The translations under genes were made by a program, and so were the position numbers. DNA of 64,000 nucleotides. Source: Malacoraja senta (taxonomy: Eukaryota). This document shows, piece by piece, positions 36,864 through 51,556 of the stretch. The DNA is taken from positions 27,034,001 through 27,098,000 of the forward strand of contig CM075988.1 of NCBI GenBank assembly GCA_038087875.1. The letters run 5' to 3'. Position 1 is the first letter of the stretch. The number at the start of each line of letters is the position of its first letter. The notes below the pieces were generated by a model. It saw nothing but the letters and a program-made list of their open reading frames with translations, made no database searches and was not told where the DNA came from.

Positions 36864-37510
36864 ATACATAGATACATAGAAATTAGGTGCAGGAGTAGGC
36901 CATTCGGCCCTTCGAGCCTGCACCGCCATTCAATACGATCATGGCTGATCATCCAACTCAGTATCCCGTACCTGCCTTCTCTCCATACCCCCTGATCCCC
37001 TTAGCCACAAGGGCCACATCTAACTCCCTCTTAAATATAGCCAATGAACTGGCCTCAACTACCCTCTGTGGCAGAGAGTTCCAGAGATTCACCACTCTCT
37101 GTGTGAAAAAGTTTTTCCTCATCTCGGTCTTAAAGGATTTTCCCCTTATCCTTAAGCTGTGACCCCTTGTCCTGGACTTCCCCAACATCGGGAACAATCT
37201 TCCTGCATCTAGCCTGTCCAACCCCATAAGAATCTTGTACGTTTCTATAAGATCCCCTCTCAATCTCCTAAATTCTAGCGAGTATAAGCCAAGTCTATCC
37301 AGTCTTTCTTCATATGAGAGTCCTGACATCCCAGGAATCAGTCTGGTGAACCTTCTCTGCACTCCCTCTATGGCTATAATGTCCTTCCTCAGATTTGGAG
37401 ACCAAAACTGTACGCAATACTCCAGGTGTGGTCTCACCAAGACCCTGTACAACTGCAGTAGAACCTCACTGCTCCTATACTCAAATCCTCTTGCTATGAA
37501 GGCCAACATG
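36864..37510 (-). mobile_element. Young CR1 3' fragment
   Basis: ORF 36958..37548 is almost identical to the C-terminus of 4675..5601; catagata tail. Confidence 0.95.
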
Positions 37511-37644
37511 AAATGTCCCTGCCTCTCAGCCCCAGTTGAGCATCCCACAGCTGAGGCTAATTGTGTTGGAGGGCGGTGGAGAGAATGGTCAGGTCACATT
37601 GTATTATCTACCAGCCTAGATGGGCTAAATGGCTTGCCATACTT

Positions 37645-37763
37645 TGATGCAGATGCTGGTATACAAGAAAAGACACAAAGTGCTGGAGTAACTCAACAGG
37701 TCAGACAGCATCTCCGGAGAACATGGATAGGTGTCATTTCAGGTCATGGCCTTTCTTCAGACT
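37645..37763 (-). mobile_element. Single-arm Penelope-end-like element
   Basis: tgcagatgctgg...gacacaaagtgctggagtaactca...ttcttcagact. Confidence 0.75.
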
Positions 37764-38899
37764 GCACTCTGGGTCACTTTAGTGATATTGGTTAGGATGC
37801 AGAAGGAACAGCTGCTTGTGTGAATGCTGTATAACCTTCTACCATTTGCCCAAGTAAGTAGAAGGACCTAGGCTTGATGTGTGGAGGTGTTCCGTCATTG
37901 TATTCAACACAATGATAATGCAAGATGCTAGTTCCCAGCATGGACAATCTCCTCCCCAACCCCCACTCTCATCGTCACCTTTAGAAGTTACAGCAAAGAC
38001 TGTGCTCCAGTCCACCAGCTCACTGCCATCACAGTGATGTACTATCCACCCCAACACAACGAGACTGTCCCCACATCACACTGGTCCCCACATCTCCCTG
38101 CATCTCAGTGCAGCCGTTGCATTATTCCAGTTGCTCACTGCACTGACAGTGTATTCCTTTAATATTTAAATCCTCCATAACAATGGATGACATTTCCCAG
38201 CTCTGGCCTCTGCTGTTGGATTAAAATTTGTGCCCCTCAGCAAATAAAGTGCAACATTTATATTAAAACTGATCTTTCAGTGAACCTTAAAAACATAGCT
38301 GCCCTATTGAGTCCCCGGAATAAAAATGATGAACTCCCATTACATCTCATAACATTTACTACTCCACAGAGACAATGTTTGTGCTAGCTCAGAATTTTGA
38401 TAATTTCCCCGTGCAACTGAGTTATACAGGAGTTCAATAAAATGAACGTTTCATAAACATTAAATTACAAGAGTCATAAACAAGTTACAAGATCATTTAA
38501 TGCCTCAACCAGTCTAAATAATTGCTGCTTGTAAATCCCAGCACTATATCTTGCCGCCTCAGTGCTTTGGAGATAAGGTTATTATGTGATGGTTAAAAGC
38601 AGATCATTTCTGGATTCAAACTTAGAAAGGGAGAAGGCAGCTCCATTTGTCTTTCAGTTTAAACGCTGAGACTTACAAAGGATTATTGCAGCTAGCCCCA
38701 GGAATTAAAATGGTGAATTCTCTTACATCCCCTGCAAGCTTGTGTCTTTTATGGAAGTTAAACTCAAGGTCAGTGTACCCCTGACTTTAGTGGCTGGAGC
38801 TGGTCTGGTGCAGGATTGGTTAGGACTATCAGAATCACTATTCGTGGTCTGACCAGCCGACTGGGAAAATATGGATCACTTTCTCTACTTTAAGAAACA

Positions 38900-39190
38900 C
38901 CACACAGTGAAGTTAATCTTTGACTATGAGACTCATCAGCGAACACAGTGCCCCTGCCCACCCTTTGACCAGCTGAAGAAGACGTTATCCAAAACAAAGA
39001 CCCTAAACCCAACACCAAGCCCGTGGTCTACAGTGCAGGAGTGATCCCAACCTCCCTGTAAATTTCAGCGTCATGAATAACTATTAGTATTGGTTTATTG
39101 TTGTCGTGTTACCCCAAAGCACTGGAGAAATGCTATCAATGGTGCCTGCACTAAAGTGACAGGCAGGCTCGCATGTCCAACATCACACCC
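38900..39190 (+). mobile_element. Degraded RTE-clade LINE fragment
   Basis: Manual translation NTKPVVYSAGVIPTL resembles the RTE motif TKL.VY.A.V.PTLLY. Confidence 0.45.
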
Positions 39191-40119
39191 CAACACCTTT
39201 GATGAGTGGCCGCATGGCAGAGACCATTACTATTACACACCATTATTATTGTTTTATAACATATTACGTATTATGTATAACATATTATGTTATAAAATGG
39301 AGAATAGCTACACACTTTATGTTATAGGATGGAGAACTGTGGGCAGAATGTAGGACATTGTAAGAAATGCCCACGTTCCTGTCGTCACTGCAGACACAGA
39401 GAGGGTCTCTGCTATCAACTGCTGAATGGCAATATTTAATGCTGTGAGTTGGAGGTGTTCGGGAAACATTATAGGAAGGTTCAGAGCTGTCCATCGACTG
39501 ATGAAGTTACCACGTTACACATAATAGTTATCCCAGTTGTCTGTGCATGTAAAACATAATCAGTTAGTTCTATGGTCGGCCTGTAAAGGTGGGCTGGAGA
39601 GAAATGATTTTCGTTGTTCATTGGAGAAGCTGAACAAGGCATTCTGCATCTTACTCCACATCGGGATATAACAATAAAATGATGATTGGAAAGACCTGGG
39701 TTTTAAATGATTCTTCAGTCATTCAATTTCCTGTAACAGAATATTTCTCATTCCAAAGACCAGACACATAATACAAGCATTATGCTCTGTTACAGGAAGT
39801 AATCTCCAGGACATTTCTACGATGCTGGCAAAGGCTACTTAAAAAAAAACCATTCTCATTGAATCCAACAAATCTCTGACTGGTGGCAATTAAAGTGCAG
39901 AAAGAGTGTCTGTGAAAGAACTGAGATCCTGGACTCTGCGATGTAACTCAAAGGGGTAACTTGCAGACAGTAGAATTAATCTCGAGTCACCCTCCCGTTT
40001 CATGTAACCTCCTCCATATACGGATATCCCATTTTATTGAAGCTGCCGTCTTCAATCCCAACATTGCCCAAGCTGTCCTTTGTGGTAAAATAAAAGGTGG
40101 ATATTTAATTGGGGATGAT

Positions 40120-40365
40120 ACAAGGGCCCAGTTGGTAGAGATGCTGCCTCACAATCCCAGGATGCAGGTTCAATCCTGACCTCTGGTGCTGTCCATGTGG
40201 ATTTGACATCTTCTTCCTGTGACCGTGTGGGTGGGTAGGTTAAATGGCCACTGTAAATTGTCCCTCAATGTGCAGGTCAGGAGTAGCATCTGTGGGAGGT
40301 TGGCGGGAATATAGGGGAAATAGGATTGGTGTAGGACTGAGATGAAGGCATGCTTGGTGGTTGGA
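40120..40365 (+). mobile_element. Degraded HE1-like V-SINE
   Basis: cagttggtagag, ggttcaatcctgacct, gtggatttg, ctgtaaattgtccct. Confidence 0.7.
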
Positions 40366-40530
40366 TGGATTCCACAATCCATAGATGTATTCGAATGCTC
40401 TAGGACCCTTTGTCTAAATGAGTTACTGACACCACGCCCACAAATAGTGCCGAAGGATGTTTGAAGTCATCCTGATAGTCATGCGGGTCGTCAACTTAGC
40501 ATCACATCTGAACAAAGGCACTCTCCTTTG

Positions 40531-41710
40531 TCTCCATCGCAGGTGATAGACTCCTTACCGACATCCACTACAAAACATCCACTACAAACCTACCGACTCC
40601 CATGGCTATCTGGACTACACTTCTTCCCACCCTGCTTCCTGTAAGGACTCCATCCCCCACTCCCAATTCCTCCGTCTACGCCGCATCTGCTCCCAGGATG
40701 AGGCGTTCCACACCAGGGCATCTGAAATGTCCTCATTCTTCAGGGAACGGGGGTTCCCCTCCTCCACCATAGATGAGGCTCGCACCAGGGTCTCTGCCAT
40801 ACCCCGCAACACTGCTCTCTCTCCCCATCGCCCCACTCACAACAAAGGCAGAGTCCCCCTAGTCCTCACCTTTCACCCCACCAGCCGTCACATACAACAA
40901 GTGATCCTCCGTCAGTTCCGCCACCTCCAACGTGACCCCACCACTCGCCACATCTTCCCATCTCCCCCTATGTCTGCCTTCCGCAAAGACCGCTCCCTCC
41001 GTAACTCCCTTGTCAATTCTTCCCTTCCCTCCCATACCACCCCCTCCCCTGGTACTTTCCCTTGCAACCGCAAGAGATGCAACACTTGTCCCTTCACTTC
41101 CCCCCTCCACTCCATTCCAGGACCCAAGCAGTCGTTCCAGGTGCGACAGAGGTTCACCTGCATCTCCTCCAACCTCATCTATTGCATTCGCTGCTCTAGA
41201 TGCCAGCTGATCTACATCGGTGAGACCAAGCGGAGGCTTGGCGATCGTTTCGCCGAACACCTCCGGTCGGTCCGCAATAACCAACCTGAACTCCCGGTGG
41301 CTCAGCACTTCAACTCCCCCTCCCATTCCGTATCTGACCTCTCTGTCCTGGGTCTCCTCCATGGCCACAGCGAGCAACACCGTAAATTGGAGGAAATGCA
41401 CCTCATATTCCGCTTGGGCAGCCTACATCCTGGTGGCCTGAACGTTGAATTCTCCCAATTCTGCTAGCCCTGGCTGTCCCCTCCCCTTCATCAGCCATCT
41501 GGTTGTCTCCGCCCCTCCCCCAGCCCTCGGGCTCCTCCTCCTCCTTTTCCTTTTTTCCTTTCTTCTCCCCACCCCCTATCAGTCTGAAGAAGGGTTTCGG
41601 CCCGAAACGTTACCTATTTCCTTCGTTCCATAGATGCTGCTGCACCCGCTGAGTTTCTCCAGCATTTTTGTGTACCTTCGATTTTCCAGCATCTGCAGTT
41701 CCTTCTTTAA
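40531..41710 (+). mobile_element. Penelope-like copy 2 (5'-truncated), 17-bp TSD, longest 3' end
   Basis: ORF 40727..41467 is nearly identical to 15837..16577. TSD cactctcctttgtctcc at 40519-40535 and 41711-41727. Confidence 0.95.
41581..41614 (+). ncRNA. Minimal hammerhead ribozyme motif (Penelope copy 2)
   Basis: Identical to 16691-16724. Confidence 0.7.
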
Positions 41711-41899
41711 CACTCTCCTTTGTCTCCTGTGTATCCAACCTCAATCAACACCTTAAAAGGTGAGACAAGCTTGGAAACGATTGTGTGAATACCAAGGGCT
41801 GTAATTTCTCACATCCCCCCCATTGTTTAAAGTCAGGAAATGTATATAAAGCACTGAGATATTTCTAAACAGTCCTTGTGAGTAAAAAAAATTAATAAG

Positions 41900-42665
41900 C
41901 TGTTGGAAGGTATCAAGGACACGGGGGCAATAGGTATAACGTGAGGGGAAAGAGTTTGAAAGGGATTTGAAGGGAAAGTAATTTTATATCAAATGGTTAA
42001 TATCTGGCTCCCCTTGCCAGAGGATGTGGCAGAATCAGATAAATCAGCACATGGAAAGGACATTTAGACAGTCACTTGAATAGGGAAGGCAGAGCAGGAT
42101 ATTAGGCAGTCCCTCTGGATTGAGAATTAAGAGGTCCCACTCCAGATCACTGATAAGGCCAACATGGAAGTCCCAGATAAATACCAGACCATGAGTGTCT
42201 CCAGGCTACGATGACAAAGCATTGACAAAGTCTGTGCTAATTGGGTTGTTATTTATCCCAAATGTCTTAATGAGGATTAGTTGATAGCAGTGAATTAATT
42301 TGTTTAAATTCAATGCTTACAGCTACTGCACAAGCTTAATAAAAACAAGCTCTTGATCAGTGGCAAGGGCGTGCCAGTACTGAAAACCATGCCTGGTTGA
42401 AGGGACGTTAACTCACATGTGCATTAACTAAAATGTACCTAGTCTGGGGGATCAATTTCTTTCCACAGAGGATGGAGGGCATTGGAATGAGCTGACAGAA
42501 TGAATAGTAGCAGCAGGTACAATTGCAGTGATGAGAAGACTTTTGGACAGGGACATAGATAGGAAAGGTCGAGAGGGATATGCGCCAATGCAAGCAAACG
42601 CGACCACCTTAGGTAGACATCTTGGTCGACATGGACAAGGTGGGCTGAAAGACCTACTTCCGCAC
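41900..42665 (+). mobile_element. Two degraded CR1 3' fragments (~41900-42100 and ~42440-42665)
   Basis: CR1-like 3' ORF/UTR remnants (ttgccagaggatgtgg; ttttggacagggacatagataggaaagg). Confidence 0.6.
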
Positions 42666-42688
42666 TACGTCATTCTAATACTAATTTA

Positions 42689-43745
<1,057 letters not shown>

Positions 43746-45389
43746 TTTTCTTATCTCCTCATTCTACCCTCCCCCCTCCTTTGATCGTCCCCATCACAGA
43801 GTCCTTCCATTGCCCCTATCCCCCTCCATCGTCTCCCATTCGCTGTCCGCTGCACCCCTCACCCTCACCCTCACCCTCACCCTCTCTCGTGCACTGAATG
43901 TGCAATGTGCTGAAAATTAAAGTGAGATTGGAACTGTGGCTTTAACACTTTATTCTGCACTTGTATATTTTCTCCTTTGAACTAACAGACTCGTACATGG
44001 TTGTTTTACTTGGATCACATGCAAAACAGAGTTTTTCACCGTATCTCGATGCACGTGACATCAATCAATCACCACTTAATTGAAGAAGGAGTGAATGAAG
44101 TCCAGGCCATGCACTGCTGATTGAAGCAAATGGCAAATGCTACAGTTATGTATTACTGTCATTATCCGAGCTGTTGATTGCATTTCCCATGGGCTAGCAT
44201 GCACTCCTTTATGAAACAACCCCTCCTTTTCAAGTCCTGGGGTAAACTGTTGTAATTACTGGATTATTTGTCTTTCATTCTCAAACACACGTTCCTCCCT
44301 CTCTCCCTTTATGCATTTTCACTTATATGAAAGAAATAAACACATCCGCTGAAAATAAATACACGTATTCTTGCAAAATTGGATTATTCCCTTACTTTCT
44401 CTCGTTTATAAATCATGCTGTTGTTGTGAGGTACAAGCTGGAGATTACTTGGAATTTTGCAATCGCTGGAAGGTTAATGACGAGCGCCTGCTTCTCCTCA
44501 GTTTCCATCTATTTATATCCTGTGTATCCATGGTGCTACTTCGTCACACTCCAGATGCAACACTTCCAAGTATCAAATTCTTGTTACAGATACAAAAATT
44601 ACATGAATAAGAAAGGAAAGCAAGAACGGCCGTCGTTTCCTGTGGGTCGCGGTGTCTTAGAGCAGTTGAATCTCTAGACATCTGCATAAAGAGGAGTATG
44701 GCCCTTGGAATTCTTCAGCATTGAAGATATGCTTCAAGGAAGGGCTCATGCCAATTGATTCAAGTCATCTAACCTATTGTATCCTCTACCCTCAGGACCC
44801 AAACCACCGTGCCCAAGTAAACTGGTCTGGCACAATGAATTCCCTCATCCAGATCATTAACAAGTTAGTTTCCTTTTGCTCCAGATTCCAGCCTGTGCAA
44901 CCTCATCTCTGAAAGGACGGGGCAGAGAAGTTTGAGGTCAGCAAATTAAACTTATCTGAGCATGTTTAAGCCAATATGTGACGTTGTAACTACAGGAAGT
45001 GCCGCAGTTCATCACATGTTGTTATATTTCTTTCCCCTTAAAAAGTCCTCAAATACTGACTGATGCCAGCAACTAACTTCTTGATGAGTACGGGTGTCAG
45101 AGGTTATGGGGAGAAGGCAGGAGAATGCGGTTTGGAGAGATAGATCTGTCCACCATCAGCCTAGTCAATGAAGCTCTTCAACTGAGGAATCTTCACCTAC
45201 CTCGCTCAGCTGCGAACACCAAGTCAGAAGAATTTTCTTTTTAAGTCTTGTTGCTTATCAATGCATTGAGCCATTTCCCCTGCTGAGATGGGTTTCAGCT
45301 GTCCATGCGCCACATTAAGTTAGGGTCAGTGTTATCCAGTAAATTTCTGCAGCAAGATTGCAACTGAAATGAAGCAACAGAACTTCATC

Positions 45390-45715
45390 ATATGGAGGTA
45401 TATAAAATCACAGACAGGGTAAATACACAGTCTTTTCCCCATGGAAGGGGGATCAAGAACGTGGCCATTTATGGTGCCAGAGGAAAGCCTTAGTAGGAAC
45501 ATGAGGGGCAACTTTTTCCATACAGAGGGTGATGGGTATATGGAGTTAGTTGAGGCAGGGAACAATAACAACATTTAAAAGGTACATGGGCATGGATAGG
45601 AAACGTTAGAGGGATATGGGCAAAACGCAGGGAATTTGCAATAGCTTAGATGGGGCATCTTGGTCGGCAGGGATGTAGGGCTGAATGGCTTATTTCTGTG
45701 CTGTGTGACTCCGTG
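45390..45715 (+). mobile_element. Degraded CR1 3' fragment
   Basis: atggaggtatataaaatc... and a CR1 3' UTR ending gtgctgtgtgactc. Confidence 0.7.
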
Positions 45716-45911
45716 AAATAATAGATAATACCATTATCTGCCCCAGAATCAACATATTGTTTGAAAATTAATAAGTGTCTACCTATTCTAACCACAGGGT
45801 TAGAGGAATCCTTGTATCCCATGAATACTCCAAATTTACAGGTTCGGAAGAGTTCTTGAAAAGCAAAATAACACTGCGCATCCCACAATGTAGAAATGAA
45901 ACCAGAAAAAG

Positions 45912-47072
45912 TTTTTTATTTTTTATTTTTTTTATTTTTAAATTTTTATTTATTAGAAGTGCATTACATTACAACCAATTACATTAGTACTCGTCACGTA
46001 TATCTTATTATAATTAATGTACTCCATCATTTTTTACACTAATAAAGGGAAAGGATGAGATTGAGAGAAAGGAGAAAGTGAAGGAAAAAAGTGAAAGTGT
46101 AAAAAACGTGACAACAAAAAAGAACAAAGACCCTATAAGAAAGAAATTTTTAAAAAAGAGTTAAGAAATAGACCCTAAAAAAGAAGAAAAAAGAGAAAGA
46201 GGGAAAAGAGAAAAACAAATACTTTGTTGTAAGCATCACGCAAATGGGACATACCAACTCTCCGCACCTGACCTCAGTTTTTTTTTTTTTTAAGTACTTT
46301 TGCACCCTATACTTGTAATAATTCTATAAATGCAGACCACGTCAGGTGGAAGTGATCTGGTTTACCTGCCAGGAGGAGTCTTATCTCTTCTAGGTGTAAT
46401 GTTTCGAACATATTTGGAATCCACATGTTTATAGTTGGTATTGGAGCGTTTTTCCAGAATTTTATGAATAACTTTTTTCCAGTTATTAACCCATAGTCTA
46501 TTAATTTCTTTTGGAACACATTTAGTTCTGGACTATCTTCCGTTGTTCCGAAGATAATCCATTCTGCTTTGGGTATCAGTTTTATTTTACAGAAAACAAA
46601 TGAGTGCGCTATAGTAGCTTCTTGGGATTGACATTTATCACAAATGGATGATACATTAGGGAAAATTTTATTAATTTTAGTTTTGGAATAATATAATCTA
46701 TGTAACATTTTAAATTGTATTAAAGTGTGTCTTACATTAATCGAACATTTATGCACGTTTAATAAATGTTCATTCCACCTTTCCTTTGAGATTTTAATAG
46801 CTAATTCTTGTTCCCAGTCTCTTCTAATACCTTCCATAGATGGTATTTCTACATTTAAGATAATATTATACAAATATGATATTAAGTTTGCTGATTCAGC
46901 TTTTATCTGCATTGCTTCATCCAATACATCTGCTGGGCTATTATAATGATCTTTTGTATATTTTTTCAAATAGTCACATATTTGAAAATATTTAAAATAT
47001 TGATTATTTCCCAGTTTATATTTTATTTGTAATTGTTGGAATGATAGTAATTTTCATACAAGTCACCGAACG
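45912..47072 (-). mobile_element. 5'-truncated L1 (different subfamily), 14-bp TSD
   Basis: ORF 46307..46969 is homologous to the ORF2 C-terminus (CDKC..HSFVFC) with an 18-codon deletion. TSD gaaaccagaaaaag at 45898-45911 and 47073-47086; patterned A tail. Confidence 0.92.
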
Positions 47073-47724
47073 GAAACCAGAAAAAGCTGCAGGTAATGGA
47101 GTAAGGACAGAGAAACTCCGTCATCTGCTGAATGTCTCCAGCAATGTTTTGTTGCTGATGTTAACTTATGACGTTGTTTGCACATGAAACCAGTGGCCAG
47201 TTGGAGCAACTGGTGTTAGTGGAGAAACAGTATCTTGTTATTCAATTAAATGGGTGATGAAAACAACTGACGTTGATGGGTTATGAGTGAATGTGCCCGA
47301 CAACTGCAATGATGAACACTGAATACTCCAGCTCTCTATTTACACTGACAATATTTGCAGAGTTAATTAATGACCACACAATCTGTGCATTGCCAAGCAT
47401 GAATGAATGGCCAGTTTATACAATCCTGCATGTAGTAGATTATAAAAAGACATACACCAGTGATCACTGAGATATTTAATAAGGAGAAAATGGTTCAGAC
47501 AATTTATAATTAAAAGCATATTGATTCCATGTGTTGCCTGAATGGATGAGAGTACATTTTCAAGGTCTACTCAATGTGGATGTTCTGCCTGCATTGTGAG
47601 CTGCAGTTGTATTGGTAAAACACTCATGTGTACAATGTTGGCTGTGAGTTTAAGCTCTACTCCAGCAACTTTGAAAGCATAATCCTGGGCTGTTCCAGTG
47701 CAAAGTGCAACATTTTTGTGCTAA

Positions 47725-47915
47725 TGTAGAGACATAAGGAACTGCTGATGCTGGAATCTTGCATAGAATAAAATTGCTGGAGTAATTCAAAGTCAGATAG
47801 CATTTGTGGACTGACCCACAGTCTGAAGAAGGGTCTTAACGCAATACGTTGCCCATCCATGTCTTCCAGAGATGCTGTCCGACCTGCTGAGTTACTCCAG
47901 TACTTTGGGTTCTGT
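47725..47915. mobile_element. Degraded palindromic Penelope-end-like element
   Basis: ggaactgctgatgctgg...gctggagtaattca / agtctgaagaagggtct...gctgagttactccag. Confidence 0.72.
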
Positions 47916-48234
47916 AATGTTGTAGTTGTTTTTCAATGTTAAATCTAAATCTTATCTGTCTTACCGGGCAAGTATGAAAGATACTAATACACAATAAATA
48001 GCAGGACAACTTCTGGTGGCCATTTCATTCTGCTGTGTATGGTAGCTTGTGCAAACATCAGCATTGTACCCCCACTTTCACCACAGTGACCACACTTCAA
48101 AGTAAAAATACTTTAGAACAAGACTGTGAACTGCAGTATCATCTTTAGCTGAACAGCCCCTTGTTTACCAATTACTTAAGTATATTTTTACAGATAGTCA
48201 CATGTAGTCACACAGCCTCTAACCTCTCAGTACC

Positions 48235-48392
48235 ACACATATGCACACACACACACATGCGCACACACACACGCGCACACACACACGCGCACACACACAC
48301 GCGCACACACACAAACATTCGCACATGTACACATACACGCACAAGCACAAGCACAAGCCCATGCACACAAGCACATACATATGCACACACAC
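48235..48392. repeat. (CA)-rich microsatellite
   Basis: Direct inspection. Confidence 0.85.
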
Positions 48393-48455
48393 TTCCAACA
48401 GTACATTCACCTTCAGGACAACAGCATAACAAAATGCCCCCCATTACAACATTCA

Positions 48456-51400
48456 GTCGGATGGGCCCGATGTCGGATGGGCCCGCACCGGACCCATCCG
48501 ACATCGCCGTCGAACTGGGCCCGCCGAACATCACAGCCGCACCCGGTCCTCCTAACATCGCCGCCGGACCGGGCCCATCCAGCATCGCCGCCGGACCGGA
48601 CCTACTCTACACGACCACCAGACCGGGGCTCCCCGAACATGGCCGCCGCACCGCACCCTACTCGAACCGCGCCGCCCCACCGACCATCCGCCTACCGGGA
48701 CCTCCCACGCATCGCCCGTGGACCCCGACTCTACTGCCCGAGGACCCCGACCATCGGGTCCGCCGACCCTCGCCATTGCACCTCCCTCCAGCCCCACCGG
48801 CCCTCGCCACTGCACCTCCCTCCCTCCAGCAGCCCGCAGCCGTCGCCTCACCTGCTGACAGACTGGTCTCTGTACTGGGCCTGAAGCCTCCACGCTGCTC
48901 ACTCCCACTCTCCTGGGTTTGACTCCACTGGGTCCTAGCGCTAGTCTTCCCAGCCCATGTTATCTCAGTGTTAGTTCCACTGATTCTTCCCCATCCCTCT
49001 CCAACTATGGGACCCCTTCTCTTCCACACCCACACTACAGCCCTCTCACCCCCCCCCCCCACCCCCTGACCACCCACCACCCCCCCACCACACATCGCCT
49101 CGTCCCCATTCCACCCACCTGCCTTCCTCCGGCCCCAACCTCCGTCCCTGCCGGGTGTTCACCATCCCCCCCGACCTCCCCCTCTCTGACATCGAACGGT
49201 CTGTCCTCAGCAGAGGTCTTACCTTTGTCCCCCTCCGTCCCCATCTCAATGAGTTCCGTGCCCTCCATGACTTGGAACGCTTCTACCGTCGCCTCCGCCT
49301 CACAGCTTACTTCCATGGGAAGGAGTCCTCGCTCCCCACTGATGACCCCTTTTCCCGTCTCCAACGCACCCCCTCCTCATGGAACCCCCCTCGTAGCCTT
49401 CCGGCTTTAGAACTCTTTATTCAAAACTGCCGCCGTGACATCAACCGCCTCAACTTCTCCACTCCCCTGTCTCACTCCAATCTCTCCCCCCCTGAACGCA
49501 CTGCCATCGACTCACTCCGCAACAACCTAGATTGGGTTATCAAACCCGCCGACAAGGGAGGTGCCGTGGTAGTCTGGCGCGTCGATCTCTACAAAGCTGA
49601 GGCCACGCGCCAACTCTCGGACACCTCCTCCTACTTACCCCTGGACCATGACCCCACTGACGAGCACCAGGCCACCATCTCCAGCACCATCACCGACTTC
49701 ATCCACTCCCACGCCCTGCCCGACCGAGCCTCCAACCTCATCGTTCCCCAGCCCCGCACAGCCCGCTTTTACCTTCTCCCCAAAATCCACAAACCTGACT
49801 GTCCCGGTAGACCCATTGTCTCTGCCTGTTCGTGCCCCACCGAACTCATCTCCACCTACCTCGACTCCATCATATCCCCCTTGGTTAAATCCCTCCCTAC
49901 CTATGTTCAAGACACCTCAGACACTCTCCGTCATCTCCGCGCATTCCACTCTCTAGGCCCTCACCCCCTCACCCCCTCATCTTCACCATGGACGTCCAGT
50001 CATTGTACACCTCCATCCCCCACCAGGATGGTCTCGAAGCCCTCCGTTTTTTCCTCGACCGTAGAAGCAATCTATACCCGGCCACTGACACCCTCCTCCG
50101 CCTAGCGGAGCTGGTCCTTACACTTAATAACTTTTCATTTGACTCCTCCCATTTCCTCCAAATACAAGGCGTAGCTATGGGCACACGCATGGGCCCCAGC
50201 TACGCCTGCCTCTTTGTCGGGTACGTAGAACAATCCTTGTTCAATACGTACCAGGGCCCCATCCCCGACCTCTACCTCCGCTACATCGATGACTGTTTTG
50301 GTGCCACATCCTGCACCTACACACAACTGACTGACTTCGTCCGCTTCACCACCAACTTCCATCCGGCACTCAAATACACCTGGACCATTTCCGACACTTC
50401 CCTACCATTCCTTGACCTCACTATCTCCATCGCAGGTGATAGACTCCTTACCGACATCCACTACAAACCTACCGACTCCCATGGCTATCTGGACTACACT
50501 TCTTCCCACCCTGCTTCCTGTAAGGACTCCATCCCCCACTCCCAATTCCTCCGTCTACGCCGCATCTGCTCCCAGGATGAGGCGTTCCACACCAGGGCAT
50601 CTGAAATGTCCTCATTCTTCAGGGAACGGGGGTTCCCCTCCTCCACCATAGATGAGGCTCGCACCAGGGTCTCTGCCATACCCCGCAACACTGCTCTCTC
50701 TCCCCATCCCCCCACTCGCAACAAGGGCAGAGTCTCCCTTGTCCTCACCTTTCACCCCACCAGCCGTCACATACAACAAGTGATCCTCCGTCAGTTTCGC
50801 CACCTCCAACGTGACCCCACCACTCGCCACATCTTCCCATCTCCCCCCATGTCTGCCTTCCAGAAAGACCGCTCCCTCCGTAACTCCCTTGTCAATTCTT
50901 CCCTTCCCTCCCATACCACCCCCTCCCCTGGTACTTTCCCTTGCAACCGCAAGAGATGCAACACTTGTCCCTTCACCTCCCCCCTCTACTCCATTCAGGG
51001 ACCCAAGCAGTCGTTCCAGGTGCGACAGAGGTTCACCTGCATCTCCTCCAACCTCATCTATTGCATCCGCTGCTCTAGATGCCAGCTGATCTACATCGGT
51101 GAGACCAAGCGGAGGCTTGGCGATCGTTTCGCCGAACACCTCCGGTCGGTCCGCAATAACCAACCTGACCTCCCGGTGGCTCAGCACTTCAACTCCCCCT
51201 CCCATTCCGTATCTGACCTCTCTGTCCTGGGTCTCCTCCATGGCCACAGCGAGCAACACCGTAAATTGGAGGAAATGCACCTCATATTCCGCTTGGGCAG
51301 TCTACATCCTGGGGGCTTGAACATTGAATTCTCCTAATTCTGCTAGCCCTTGCTGTCCCCTCCCCTTCATCAGCCATCTGGTTGTCTCCTCCCCTCCCCC

Positions 51401-51556
51401 AGCCCTCGGGCTCCTCCTCCGCCTTTTTCCTTTTTTCCTTTCTTCTCCCCACCCCCTATCAGTCTGAAGAAGGATTTCGGCCCGAAACGTTGCCTATTTC
51501 CTTCGCTCCATAGATGCTGCTGCACCCACTGAGTTTCTCCAGCATTTTTGTGTACC
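48456..51556 (+). mobile_element. Penelope-like copy 3, longest (Neptune-type, with a Cys-rich linker between RT and GIY-YIG)
   Basis: ORFs 49155..50105 (LSRGLTFVP, KPADKG, PKIHK..PGRPIVS) and 49988..51337 (YIDD, CNRKRCNTC, LIY..YIGET). An 8-bp duplication (ccccctca, ~49964-49979) causes the frameshift. No TSD found. Confidence 0.95.
51461..51494 (+). ncRNA. Hammerhead motif (Penelope copy 3), with one stem II mismatch
   Basis: CUGAAGA-A-GGAU(UUCG)GCCC-GAAAC-GUU|GC. Confidence 0.55.

Noticed and set aside
43856..43885. (CCCTCA)n as a telomeric seed
   Set aside because: Only ~5 variant units; an ordinary microsatellite.
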